The position numbers and the translations under genes are program-made. Source: Candidatus Omnitrophota bacterium (lineage in GTDB: Bacteria; Omnitrophota; Gorgyraeia; Duberdicusellales; 4484-171). From it: a stretch of 64,000 nucleotides of DNA. The notes under the pieces were generated by a model. The model had not been told where the DNA came from and did no database searches. It saw only the letters and a program-made list of their open reading frames with translations. The stretch spans positions 24,396 to 88,395 of the forward strand of contig JAIPHA010000001.1 in assembly GCA_021735445.1 (NCBI GenBank). Reading direction: 5' to 3'. Below, piece after piece: positions 19,848 through 29,138 of this stretch (positions are counted from its first letter, which is position 1; every line of letters begins with the position of its first letter).

Positions 19848-20510
19848 GTGGCGTTTGTAGATTTCATTTCCCAGTTACATACAAAAACCAAGCGTAATTA
19901 CATAGAGAGGATGGCTAAATACGATAAGGCTCATTGCGCTCAAATAGCAAAAAAGCTTGATAAGGAGTATTGGGACGGAGAACGTAAATATGGTTACGGT
20001 GGTTATTATTATGATGGCAGGTGGAAGAAGGTAGCAGGGCAGATGAAGAAGCATTACAATTTATCTTCCGGGCAAAAAGTTTTAGATATAGGATGCGGGA
20101 AAGGATTTTTCCTTTATGATTTAAAATCCATTATGCCTGATATTGAAATCAGGGGGATAGATGTATCAGAATATGCTTTGACTCATGCCAAAGAAGAAGT
20201 AAAAGATTTTCTGGATTTAGGTTCGGCCTGCAACCTGCCGTATCCGGATAATTATTTTGATTTAGTGGTGTCGGTTAACACTTTGCATTATTTATATCTT
20301 AATGATTTAAAAAAAGCTTTAGAAGAAATATCAAGAGTTAGCAAAGGAGGTGGATATATAGTAGTAGAGTCTTACCGAAATGAAAAGGAAAAAGCAAATT
20401 TACTATGTTGGCAGCTAACTTGTGAGTGTTTTTTTACTCCGGGAGAATGGGAGTGGATTTTTTCTGAATTTGGATATAAGGGAGATTATTCATTTGTTTT
20501 TTTTGAATAA
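19848..20510 (+). CDS. Class I SAM-dependent methyltransferase
   Basis: VLDIGCGKG, GIDVS, LPYPDNYFD. GTG start preceded by GGGAGG. Confidence 0.92.
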   Translation: MAFVDFISQLHTKTKRNYIERMAKYDKAHCAQIAKKLDKEYWDGERKYGYGGYYYDGRWKKVAGQMKKHYNLSSGQKVLDIGCGKGFFLYDLKSIMPDIEIRGIDVSEYALTHAKEEVKDFLDLGSACNLPYPDNYFDLVVSVNTLHYLYLNDLKKALEEISRVSKGGGYIVVESYRNEKEKANLLCWQLTCECFFTPGEWEWIFSEFGYKGDYSFVFFE

Positions 20511-20513
20511 AAT

Positions 20514-21566
20514 TTGATTATGAAATTTAGTGATTTACTATATTTTGGGCTGCAAATACCCCGGCTGCATTTACAACCATCTTTCCGGATTCCTTTAAGT
20601 ATGCATCTTGTGCTGACTAACCGCTGTAATAATCACTGCCTATATTGTAATACCCATAGTTTTCCGCAAGAGGATTTGCTTACTACAAAGTCGCTAAAAA
20701 ATATTTTATCCGAAATGAAAAAATGCGGTACCCGGCGTATTCAGTTTACAGGCGGGGAGCCGATGGTTAGGAAGGATATAGGAGCTTTGATAAATTTTGC
20801 CAAACAACTAGGTTTTTTTGTGGGGCTGTCTACTAACGGATATCAAATTGCTGAGCGAGTCGATGAATTAAAAGGTGTAGATATAGTTTTTCTTTCCTAT
20901 GACGGGCCGGGAGAAGCTCACATTTCCTTAAGGGGCCAATCCAGTTTGGGAGAGGTTTATGCTGCTTTAGGCGCTTTGAAAAAAGCCGGAATTAAAGCAT
21001 GGACTACGAGCGTTTTAACTAAAAAGAATAAAGATTATCTAGAGGATATTGTTGATTTCGCCAAAAAAAATAACATTTTAGCTAATTTTACGCGGTTAGA
21101 GTTTGTTTTAAAGAGAAGCCTTTCTCTTCATCCTTTTGTTGATAAAGTTAAAGAGTTAATCCTGTCTTTCGAAGAAAGAAGAGAAGTCTTTAGAAAATTA
21201 ATTGAATTGAAGGCCTCAGGAGGGCCGGTGGGCGATTCATTTCCATATTTAAAGAGTGTGCTAGAGTGGCCAGATAATAATCGTATAACAGATTCAGCGC
21301 CGGCTAAAAGGTATAAATGTTGGGCAGGGAAGGCTTATGGACATCTGGAAGCCGATGGTAAGCTATATTCTTGTGGGTGGGATTCTTTAAGGCAGGCTAA
21401 GGGCATAGACGTATTGGATAAGGGGTTTAAGTTTGCCTGGCAGAATTTAGTTTTTCCCAACAATTGCCGGTCATGTTCCCATGCTTGCGGAGTTGAGAAT
21501 AATCTTTTGTTTTCTTTGAATTATTCAAGCCTTTGGAATGCCTGCAAGAGTTTGAGAGGTAGTTAA
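20514..21566 (+). CDS. Radical SAM protein
   Basis: CNNHCLYC, TGGEP, SYDG..H..LRG; C-terminal CWAG..DG..C..CRSC..C. The true start may be ATG 20520. Confidence 0.92.
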   Translation: MIMKFSDLLYFGLQIPRLHLQPSFRIPLSMHLVLTNRCNNHCLYCNTHSFPQEDLLTTKSLKNILSEMKKCGTRRIQFTGGEPMVRKDIGALINFAKQLGFFVGLSTNGYQIAERVDELKGVDIVFLSYDGPGEAHISLRGQSSLGEVYAALGALKKAGIKAWTTSVLTKKNKDYLEDIVDFAKKNNILANFTRLEFVLKRSLSLHPFVDKVKELILSFEERREVFRKLIELKASGGPVGDSFPYLKSVLEWPDNNRITDSAPAKRYKCWAGKAYGHLEADGKLYSCGWDSLRQAKGIDVLDKGFKFAWQNLVFPNNCRSCSHACGVENNLLFSLNYSSLWNACKSLRGS

Positions 21567-21570
21567 AAAA

Positions 21571-23049
21571 ATGGGATTTTTATTTAAACACAGAAAAATA
21601 ATATTGGCCTGTATTATTTTGTTGGGCTTTGCTTTACGAATCTATTATATAAACACAAATGTTTGTTCAAACGATGACCCCCAGCATATTATAGCCGCAA
21701 GGCAGATTTCTTTAAATCCAAAAAATTTACAATTGCCTTTAGTCGACAAGCAAAAAGATAGCTGCCCGATGGGCATAAGGTATGTGATGCGTTTGGGGCT
21801 ATATCTTTTTGATAAACCGGTATTGGGAATAAAATTTCCCTGCATGCTTTTCCAGCTATTGGCTGTTTTTATGGTTTATTTTTTTGCAAAAAGATATTTT
21901 GGGATAGAGGTAGCTTTGCTTGCAGCTTTTTTGCTTTCTATAACCCAGTATAATATAGGGAATCCTTCTACAAACGGAGTTATGCATACTTTGACGATGA
22001 GTTATTTTTTGATTGTATTAAAGTCTATCGATGAAAATAAAAAAAAATGGTTATTATTATCTGGAGTTGTTTTAGGAATAGGTTTCTGGTTTAGGGAACA
22101 TGTCCCTTTAATCGCTTTAGCGGCTTTTTTGTTCCTGCTATTTTCAAAGGAAGATAGGCATTGGCTAAGGAGTAAATATCTCTGGTTTTCATTTGGTATA
22201 GCTTTTTTATTAGGGCTGCCTTTGCTTGTATCCAACTTCCGTCCGGAAATCAATCGGTTTGAATTTATATTAGAAGAATCCGCAATAGGGCCGAGTTTAA
22301 ATGCTATAGGAACTTATTTGGGAGAATTTATTTTACTGATTGTTAAACCTTTTCCCGAACTATTTCAACACGTAGCCAGCAGCCTGGACGCAGAGTATCC
22401 ACCGGTTAATTTTGTTCTAGGCGCGATCATATTAATATCGGTGGGATTGTCAGTAAAAAAAGCAAAGCCCGCGACTAGATTGTTGGTGACCTGCTTTTTG
22501 GTTAATTTCTTTTTGTTTAGCTTCATAAGGAGAAATGATGTTATTGAAAGTTTTTGGTCGTTGGGCAGCTTAGATTGGAGTGGTTTAGGTTTTACTTCAG
22601 GAATTATTTTAGCTGCCGATAGATTGATATATTGGAAAAATAAATACGGGATTCAAGCTAAAATCGCCATAGGATTAATAATTATTTTTACCTTGGCAAG
22701 AAGCTGGAGCTTTATTATTTTTCCCTTGAATGCGTATTTTCCCGTTAAGTATTACCGGGTAAAAATAGATAGTTTTGAAAATGCACAACATTTTCTTGAT
22801 AAGGGCTTAAGAAACGAATCTAAAAGGTTGCTTAGGGTTTTATGCCGGATATCAAAAAAAGGGACGCCTTATGCGGAACTTCATAGGCCAGCTGCCGCTA
22901 AGCTTGTTAAAATATTTTTAAAAGAAGGTCAATATAAAAAGGCGGGCAAGTACTTATACCGGATACTTAGCCGTAACCCTAACGATGCTTGGGCTTTATC
23001 CCTTATCGAAAAGCTTTCTTTTGCTAAAAAAGATTTTATTTGTGATTAA
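21571..23049 (+). CDS. ArnT/PMT-like GT-C glycosyltransferase with TPR-like C-terminus
   Basis: ALR...DD after TM1, multiple TM segments, and helical tail GQYKKAGKYLYRILSRNPND. Confidence 0.8.
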   Translation: MGFLFKHRKIILACIILLGFALRIYYINTNVCSNDDPQHIIAARQISLNPKNLQLPLVDKQKDSCPMGIRYVMRLGLYLFDKPVLGIKFPCMLFQLLAVFMVYFFAKRYFGIEVALLAAFLLSITQYNIGNPSTNGVMHTLTMSYFLIVLKSIDENKKKWLLLSGVVLGIGFWFREHVPLIALAAFLFLLFSKEDRHWLRSKYLWFSFGIAFLLGLPLLVSNFRPEINRFEFILEESAIGPSLNAIGTYLGEFILLIVKPFPELFQHVASSLDAEYPPVNFVLGAIILISVGLSVKKAKPATRLLVTCFLVNFFLFSFIRRNDVIESFWSLGSLDWSGLGFTSGIILAADRLIYWKNKYGIQAKIAIGLIIIFTLARSWSFIIFPLNAYFPVKYYRVKIDSFENAQHFLDKGLRNESKRLLRVLCRISKKGTPYAELHRPAAAKLVKIFLKEGQYKKAGKYLYRILSRNPNDAWALSLIEKLSFAKKDFICD

Positions 23050-23065
23050 AATTAAAAAAAAGAAT

Positions 23066-24568
23066 ATGTTTGACGAGAAATTATATAAATATAGAAAAGT
23101 AATATTATTATTCATTCTTCTTTTAGCTTTTGGGCTAAGGTTTTACGGAGCTTTGTCTATTCCGGCTCATGAAGATAATCTTATTCATGATTTTCCCTCT
23201 GCCCGCAAGATATCTTTAGAACCGGGAAATTTCAATATTCCTTTAGTTGAAACTATGGCCGAAAGCAGCGGTATGGGGTGGAAATATTTAATTCGAATAG
23301 GATGGTATCTTTTCGGCGATTCTTTAATAGGAGCAAGGCTTCCTTTTATTATTTTAGGCGTAGCTACTATTTTTTTAGTATATTTATTGGTAAATTATGG
23401 ATTAGGCAATTCGGTTGCTCTTTTTTCCTCTTTTCTCCTGGCTATCAGTTCTTATCATATTGGTTTAACCAGAAATGTAGATGATGTATCGGTTGGTTGC
23501 TTTTTTGCGTTAGGTTCTTTGTTTTTGTTGTATCAAGCGGTTCAAAAGTCAAAGCCAAAACTGCTTTTAGTTAATGGCTTGCTTATAGGGTTGTCGTTAT
23601 GGTTTAAAGAAATCAATATTTTTCTTATTCCTATTACGATTATTTTTCTTTACAGTTTGCCTCAATACAAAGGTTGGTTAAAAAATGGCTATCTCTGGTT
23701 GTCATTCTTTTTAGCTTGTATGGTAGCTTTGCCTTTAATTGTGCTAAATCTTAATCCAGAAGTTACCAGGTTTAATTATATAATGAATCAGGCGGATTTC
23801 GGCTTAAGTATAAATGCTATAGGGTTTTACCTGGGAGAATTGATATTGTTGGCTCTTAAGCCTTTTCCTGATTTGTTTAGTAAGATTGCGGTAACCGTTG
23901 ACGAAGCCCGCCCGTTTGTAAATTTTTTATTAGGAGGGGTAATTTTAGCATCGGTAGTTTTTTCATTTAGAGATAGACGGCCTTTTATCAGATTATTATT
24001 AGTGACTTTTTTATTCAATTTTGCCGTATTTAGCATTATTAGCCATATCGATAAAAGTTCTTGGTATTGGACTATGGAAAGTTCTGATTGGAGTGCTATG
24101 AGTTTTATTCCCGGAGTTATTTTAGCCGCCAATATGCTTATTGTTTTTTTAAGAAAATACAAAATCAAAGCTGCTCTATTATCAGGGGTGTTGTTATTTT
24201 TTGTGTTTATTCGTAGCTGGGCTATAGTTACCTATCCTTTAAATTATTATTTTCCGACAAGAGATTTTTACATTAAAAGATTTTTGCTGGAAGATGATAG
24301 CTGGATGGTAAAAAGTGATTTTATAAACGAAGCAAACGTTAATAAAATAAAAAAGACGAAAAAAGATGTTTTGAAACGAATTTATGATTTTTATGATCAG
24401 AATTATTTTTATAAAAGAATTTCTTCTTTTAAACTTGCTCAAATGATGATTGAAGAAAAGAGATTTAATGAGGCAAAAAAATATATCTATACGATGCTCT
24501 ATCTTAATCCTTGCGATAAAAAGGCGCGCAGGCTTTTAGAAACAATTAATAATCAAGGCGGATTTTAG
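23066..24568 (+). CDS. ArnT/PMT-like GT-C glycosyltransferase with TPR-like C-terminus (paralog)
   Basis: GLRF...HED, LFGDS..GARLP, and TPR-like LAQ...RFNEAKKY...LNP. Start reassigned from 22985 to ATG 23066 by alignment with its paralogs. Confidence 0.82.
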   Translation: MFDEKLYKYRKVILLFILLLAFGLRFYGALSIPAHEDNLIHDFPSARKISLEPGNFNIPLVETMAESSGMGWKYLIRIGWYLFGDSLIGARLPFIILGVATIFLVYLLVNYGLGNSVALFSSFLLAISSYHIGLTRNVDDVSVGCFFALGSLFLLYQAVQKSKPKLLLVNGLLIGLSLWFKEINIFLIPITIIFLYSLPQYKGWLKNGYLWLSFFLACMVALPLIVLNLNPEVTRFNYIMNQADFGLSINAIGFYLGELILLALKPFPDLFSKIAVTVDEARPFVNFLLGGVILASVVFSFRDRRPFIRLLLVTFLFNFAVFSIISHIDKSSWYWTMESSDWSAMSFIPGVILAANMLIVFLRKYKIKAALLSGVLLFFVFIRSWAIVTYPLNYYFPTRDFYIKRFLLEDDSWMVKSDFINEANVNKIKKTKKDVLKRIYDFYDQNYFYKRISSFKLAQMMIEEKRFNEAKKYIYTMLYLNPCDKKARRLLETINNQGGF

Positions 24569-25582
24569 TTGGCAGCGATGAAGTTTTTCAACAAGATAGA
24601 TACCGTTGGGAAAGTTTTAAAGGCGATAGCATTTAAAAAAAGGTTTCCTTTAGTAGCTACCTGGAATATTACTTATAAGTGCAACTTGCATTGTGGTTAT
24701 TGCGGCGCGCCCCAGTGCCGGATTCCTGAATTAGAAACAGCTAAGGTGTTAGGGGTTATCGATGAGTTAAAAAGCCTGGGGACTAGATTTATGAAATTTA
24801 GCGGGGGAGAGCCTTTATTAAGGGATGACTTTCCAGAGATTATAGATTTTTGTAAATCCAGGGGAATGGATGTGTTGATAAACTCAAATGGGGTTGTTTT
24901 TAAAGATAAATTCAGATTAGTTAAAAATAATATAGACGAGGTCCAATTTAGCCTGGATGGAGAAAAAGAGGTCCACGATAAGATAAGAGGCCAAGGCGTA
25001 TACGATAAAGTTATAGAGTCGATTGAATTATGTAAAATCCATAATATAAATGTATTTTTAAACACAGTGATATCTAAATATAACCTTAACAGCATTGACC
25101 ATATTTTGAAAATAACTAATAAGTATAATATTGGTGTTTATTTTCAACCGGCCGACCAACTTTATTCAACACATAGCAATAAAGACATACACTCTTTATT
25201 TAGCCCTAAGGAGAAAGATTACAAGCAAATAATAAAATTGATTATGACGGAAAAGAAAAAAGGCAATAAATCTATTTCTAATAGTTTAACAGGCCTTAAC
25301 CATCTCTATAAATGGCCGGCTCCCGTTAAAGTGTATTGTTTGGAATATTTATTGGGATGCTTGATAGAGCCGGATGGGAGTGTTTTTGTTTGTAATATGT
25401 TTGCTGATTATCAAAAATACCTGGTTCCTTTTTATGGTAATTTCAGGGATTCCTATAGGCAGGTAAAGCTGCCTCATGTTTGCAATTGTTGTTACTGCGG
25501 GAGCGAGGTAGAACTCCAGCTGCTAAAAAAAATGGACCCTAAAGCCATGTGGGGTATCTGGAGTAGATTTAGCCGGCAGTAA
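24569..25582 (+). CDS. Radical SAM protein
   Basis: CNLHCGYC, SGGEP, SLDG..HDKIRG; C..IEPDG..C..CNCCYC. Confidence 0.92.
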   Translation: MAAMKFFNKIDTVGKVLKAIAFKKRFPLVATWNITYKCNLHCGYCGAPQCRIPELETAKVLGVIDELKSLGTRFMKFSGGEPLLRDDFPEIIDFCKSRGMDVLINSNGVVFKDKFRLVKNNIDEVQFSLDGEKEVHDKIRGQGVYDKVIESIELCKIHNINVFLNTVISKYNLNSIDHILKITNKYNIGVYFQPADQLYSTHSNKDIHSLFSPKEKDYKQIIKLIMTEKKKGNKSISNSLTGLNHLYKWPAPVKVYCLEYLLGCLIEPDGSVFVCNMFADYQKYLVPFYGNFRDSYRQVKLPHVCNCCYCGSEVELQLLKKMDPKAMWGIWSRFSRQ

Positions 25583-25613
25583 TATTTTGTTTGCCCCAAG
25601 GTATTTATAAAAT

Positions 25614-26606
25614 ATGAAATTATCAGAAAAAATTAGTATTTTTAACAAAATTGCACAAGCTGTTTTGTTTAAGAAAAAATACCCTTTAATAGCTGCTTGG
25701 AATATTACCTATAGATGTAACTGCGCTTGCAAATATTGCGGAATTAAAAGGGATAAAGATAAACGGGAAAAGCTTAATACCGGCGAAGTATTTGCGATAA
25801 TTAATCAATTATCTCAAGCCGGAGTTAAATTTATTAACTTTGGCGGCGGAGAACCTTTGATCAGAGATGATTTTGAAGAGATCCTAGATTACTGTAACCA
25901 GAAAAAAATTTATGTGGGAGTGATATCTAACGGTATATTAGCCGGTAAAAAAATTAAGGTATTAGAAAAGGTTAATAAGGTTCAATTAAGTTTAGATGGG
26001 CCCAGAGAAATAAATGATTTTGTGAGAGGCAAGGGGGTTTATGATAAAGTTATTGAAACGATTAACCTCTGTAAGAGAAATAATATCCGGGTAGGGCTGA
26101 TTACTGTAATATCGAAATATAATGTTGCCGATATTGCCGCTATTGTTGATATTTCTAAGCAATACGGAGTAGAGATGCATGTTCAGCCAGCGACTTCTAA
26201 TCTTTCTGGCGACAGCAAAAAAGATGTTTTGGAATCACCCTTAGAAGAAGACTATAAAAATGCGCTTCAGTATTTAATAGATGAAAAAAGAAAAGGCAAC
26301 CATTTAATTAACCATAGCATCTCCGGATTAAAACACATGTATGATTGGCCTAAAGCCAGGAAGATAAACTGTTTTGCAAGTTTATTATTTTTTAATATAG
26401 AGCCGGATGGGAGGATTTTTGTATGTAATATGTTTCCGGAATATCAAAAATATTTAATTCCGCTAGGGGATAATTTCAAAGAAACCTTTTATAAATTAAA
26501 ATTACCTCATTGTTGCAGTTGTTGTTGGAATAGTTCCATGGTTGAGTTTAATTTAATGGGAAATCTTAGGGTACCTTCTTTTTTAGAAATAGCAAAGAAA
26601 TTATAA
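25614..26606 (+). CDS. Radical SAM protein (tandem paralog of 24569..25582)
   Basis: CNCACKYC, GGGEP; shares IEPDG.IFVCNMF..YQKYL.P and KLPH.C.CC with the upstream gene. Confidence 0.92.
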   Translation: MKLSEKISIFNKIAQAVLFKKKYPLIAAWNITYRCNCACKYCGIKRDKDKREKLNTGEVFAIINQLSQAGVKFINFGGGEPLIRDDFEEILDYCNQKKIYVGVISNGILAGKKIKVLEKVNKVQLSLDGPREINDFVRGKGVYDKVIETINLCKRNNIRVGLITVISKYNVADIAAIVDISKQYGVEMHVQPATSNLSGDSKKDVLESPLEEDYKNALQYLIDEKRKGNHLINHSISGLKHMYDWPKARKINCFASLLFFNIEPDGRIFVCNMFPEYQKYLIPLGDNFKETFYKLKLPHCCSCCWNSSMVEFNLMGNLRVPSFLEIAKKL

Positions 26607-26629
26607 AAAGCTAATTTGGATTTATTTTT

Positions 26630-28042
26630 ATGCATAAGTGGTTATATAGATACAGAAGGCCGTTAATTTTATTTTTTTTGCTTGTTGCCTTTGCCCTGCG
26701 TTATTACGGCGCTGTCTCGATTCCTCCTGTCTGGGATGAGGTTTATAATGAATTTCCCGACGCCAGGCGTATCTCTTTTTCTAAAGGCAATATCAATATT
26801 CCCATTGTTGATACTACTCCCGAAGGAGGGGTTATGTTACCTAAATATGTAATATATTTAGGTTGGACGATTTTTGGTAATTCTCTTATTGGCGCCAGGT
26901 TGCCGTTTATCCTCAGCGGCGTTTTCCTTGTTTTATTAATATACCTAATCGTTAAAAAATATATAGGGATAGAAGCTGCTCTTATAAGCGCTTTATTGGC
27001 TTCAATAAGCCAGTATTGCGTTGGCGCCTCCCGTTGGTCTGACTCTCAATCCTTAAGCATGATTATCGCCCTTGTTTCATTATTTGTTTTTTACCGGGCT
27101 CTTCTTGATTCGAATAAATATATGATTTTATTAAACGGGCTGCTTATCGGGATAGCTTGTTGGTTTTATGAGAATCTAATTTTTTTAATTCCGATTTATA
27201 TAATATTTTTACTAGTATGCCCTAAATACCGGAGTTGGCTTAAAAGCAAATATTTGTGGTGGTCTTTTGTTATTGCTCTTTTTGCCGCGGCTCCTTTGGT
27301 TGTAATGACTTTGAATTCAGGCGCTGAGAGGTTTAAATACATTTACGCAGAGACAGCCGTGGGGTTAAGCCTTAATGCTATCGGACTGTATTTAGGTGAA
27401 TTGATATTATTAGTTATTAAAAATTTCCCTGATTTATTTGAATTTGTAGCCAAAAGCCTTGATTCAGAGGCCCCCCCGGCTAATTTTTTATTTGGCATTA
27501 TTATACTGGTTTCTGTTGTAAGGTCGTTTAAGAGCAAGCAACCTTTCATTAGGTTATTGGTAGTCTGGTTTATGTTTAATTTTATTGTGTTTAGTTTTTT
27601 AAGAAGAAATGACGTTATTCAAAGCATTTGGTCTTTAGGAAGCCTTGACTGGGGTAGTTTGGGGTTTATGGCTGGATTGATATTAGCTGCTAATCAATTG
27701 TATCTAATCGCTAAGAAAAAAGATAAACGGGGGGCAGCGATATTTATAATATTAGTTACTTTCATCTTGTTTAAAACATGGGATTTTGTCAGTTACCCGC
27801 TTAACAGTTATTTTCCGGTTAGAGAATATTTACTTAAAACGGCGCATTTTGGTGATGTTGCTTACTTAAAGAGTGCCGGGAAAACAGAGGATGCCAAGGA
27901 GATACTGAAAAGAATATATAAGCTTGCTAAAAATAAGAGAACTAAATACAGGGCTGCCTGGGAATTAGCGAATATTTTAAAAAGTGAAGGTAAAAATCAA
28001 GAAGCAGAAGAATACCTGTCTATTATCCAAAGAGGCAGTTAA
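26630..28042 (+). CDS. ArnT/PMT-like GT-C glycosyltransferase (third paralog)
   Basis: ALRY...WDE, FGNS..GARLP; shares RRNDVI.S.WSLGSLDW with 21571..23049; TPR-like tail. Confidence 0.85.
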   Translation: MHKWLYRYRRPLILFFLLVAFALRYYGAVSIPPVWDEVYNEFPDARRISFSKGNINIPIVDTTPEGGVMLPKYVIYLGWTIFGNSLIGARLPFILSGVFLVLLIYLIVKKYIGIEAALISALLASISQYCVGASRWSDSQSLSMIIALVSLFVFYRALLDSNKYMILLNGLLIGIACWFYENLIFLIPIYIIFLLVCPKYRSWLKSKYLWWSFVIALFAAAPLVVMTLNSGAERFKYIYAETAVGLSLNAIGLYLGELILLVIKNFPDLFEFVAKSLDSEAPPANFLFGIIILVSVVRSFKSKQPFIRLLVVWFMFNFIVFSFLRRNDVIQSIWSLGSLDWGSLGFMAGLILAANQLYLIAKKKDKRGAAIFIILVTFILFKTWDFVSYPLNSYFPVREYLLKTAHFGDVAYLKSAGKTEDAKEILKRIYKLAKNKRTKYRAAWELANILKSEGKNQEAEEYLSIIQRGS

Positions 28043-28048
28043 AAAAAA

Positions 28049-29128
28049 ATGAAAGTTTTCCGGCGTCAATACTCTTTAAAAGAATTACTAATTTTTAAAA
28101 AATCATTAGTAAAGCTGCTTTTGAACCCTAAAAAAATAATTAATTTTATAATGGTTCAGGTGTCGCGTGTTTTTAAACTTAAAAAATGCTTGGGGCTGCC
28201 TTTTAATGTTTTAATAGAGCCTATTGCCGAATGTAATTATCAATGTATAAAGTGTGAAAAATTTTCCGATGTTTATAGAAATGACGGCCCTAAAGGCGGC
28301 ATTAAAGCTATGAATATTTTATTATACCGCAAGATCATTGATGAGATAGGAGATACTTTAATTTCGCTGCGCCTTTGGAATCAAGGGGAGCCATTAATGA
28401 ATGGTGCTATTTTTGAGATGATTAAATACGCCAAAAAGAAGGATGTCGTAGTCGCTGTAAGTTCTAACTTAGCGCTTTTGACCCAAGATAGGGCAAAAAG
28501 CATAGTTCAATCAGGATTAGATTATTTAATTGTTTCTTTTGACGGAGCTACCCGACAAAGCTATAAATTCCATCATGGCATTGATTGTTTCAAGAGAGTT
28601 TTAGATAATATCAGAATGATAGTTGATTTTAAGAAAAAAACAAATTCTTTTCTTCCCCTGATCGAGCTTCAGTTTATCGTTATGAAGGAAAACGAAAAAG
28701 ATATTAATAAAATGGCAGAAATAGCAAAAGAGTTGCATTTAGATAAGCTCACTTTTTTAAGGTTAGATACAACTTATATTAATTTTAACAAGTTTAAAAA
28801 TATTTCTTCTAAAAAGGATCTATTGCCGGATAACCGAAATTACAGGCTTGATATGGGTAAGATTAATGCTTTAAAAAGATGCAGGATTGCCTGGGAAGAA
28901 ACCTTAATCCGTTATTCGGGGTTGGTTTTGCCTTGCGCTACAGATTTAGGCCAAAAGCATAAGCTGGGCAGAGTATCTGAAAATGGAAAATATTTAGGAT
29001 TTAAGAAGTTATGGAATAATCATAACTACCAAAAATTCCGGCAAGAAGCCGGAAGCAAGGCGGATATCTGCCACAATTGCGCTAAAAGGGATAATAACAT
29101 CAAAGACCAAATAATTTTTAACAAGTAA
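28049..29128 (+). CDS. Radical SAM/SPASM protein
   Basis: CNYQCIKC, WNQGEP, VSFDG; C...W..SG.VLPC..D..G..WN..CHNC. Confidence 0.92.
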   Translation: MKVFRRQYSLKELLIFKKSLVKLLLNPKKIINFIMVQVSRVFKLKKCLGLPFNVLIEPIAECNYQCIKCEKFSDVYRNDGPKGGIKAMNILLYRKIIDEIGDTLISLRLWNQGEPLMNGAIFEMIKYAKKKDVVVAVSSNLALLTQDRAKSIVQSGLDYLIVSFDGATRQSYKFHHGIDCFKRVLDNIRMIVDFKKKTNSFLPLIELQFIVMKENEKDINKMAEIAKELHLDKLTFLRLDTTYINFNKFKNISSKKDLLPDNRNYRLDMGKINALKRCRIAWEETLIRYSGLVLPCATDLGQKHKLGRVSENGKYLGFKKLWNNHNYQKFRQEAGSKADICHNCAKRDNNIKDQIIFNK

Positions 29129-29138
29129 CATTATTAAA

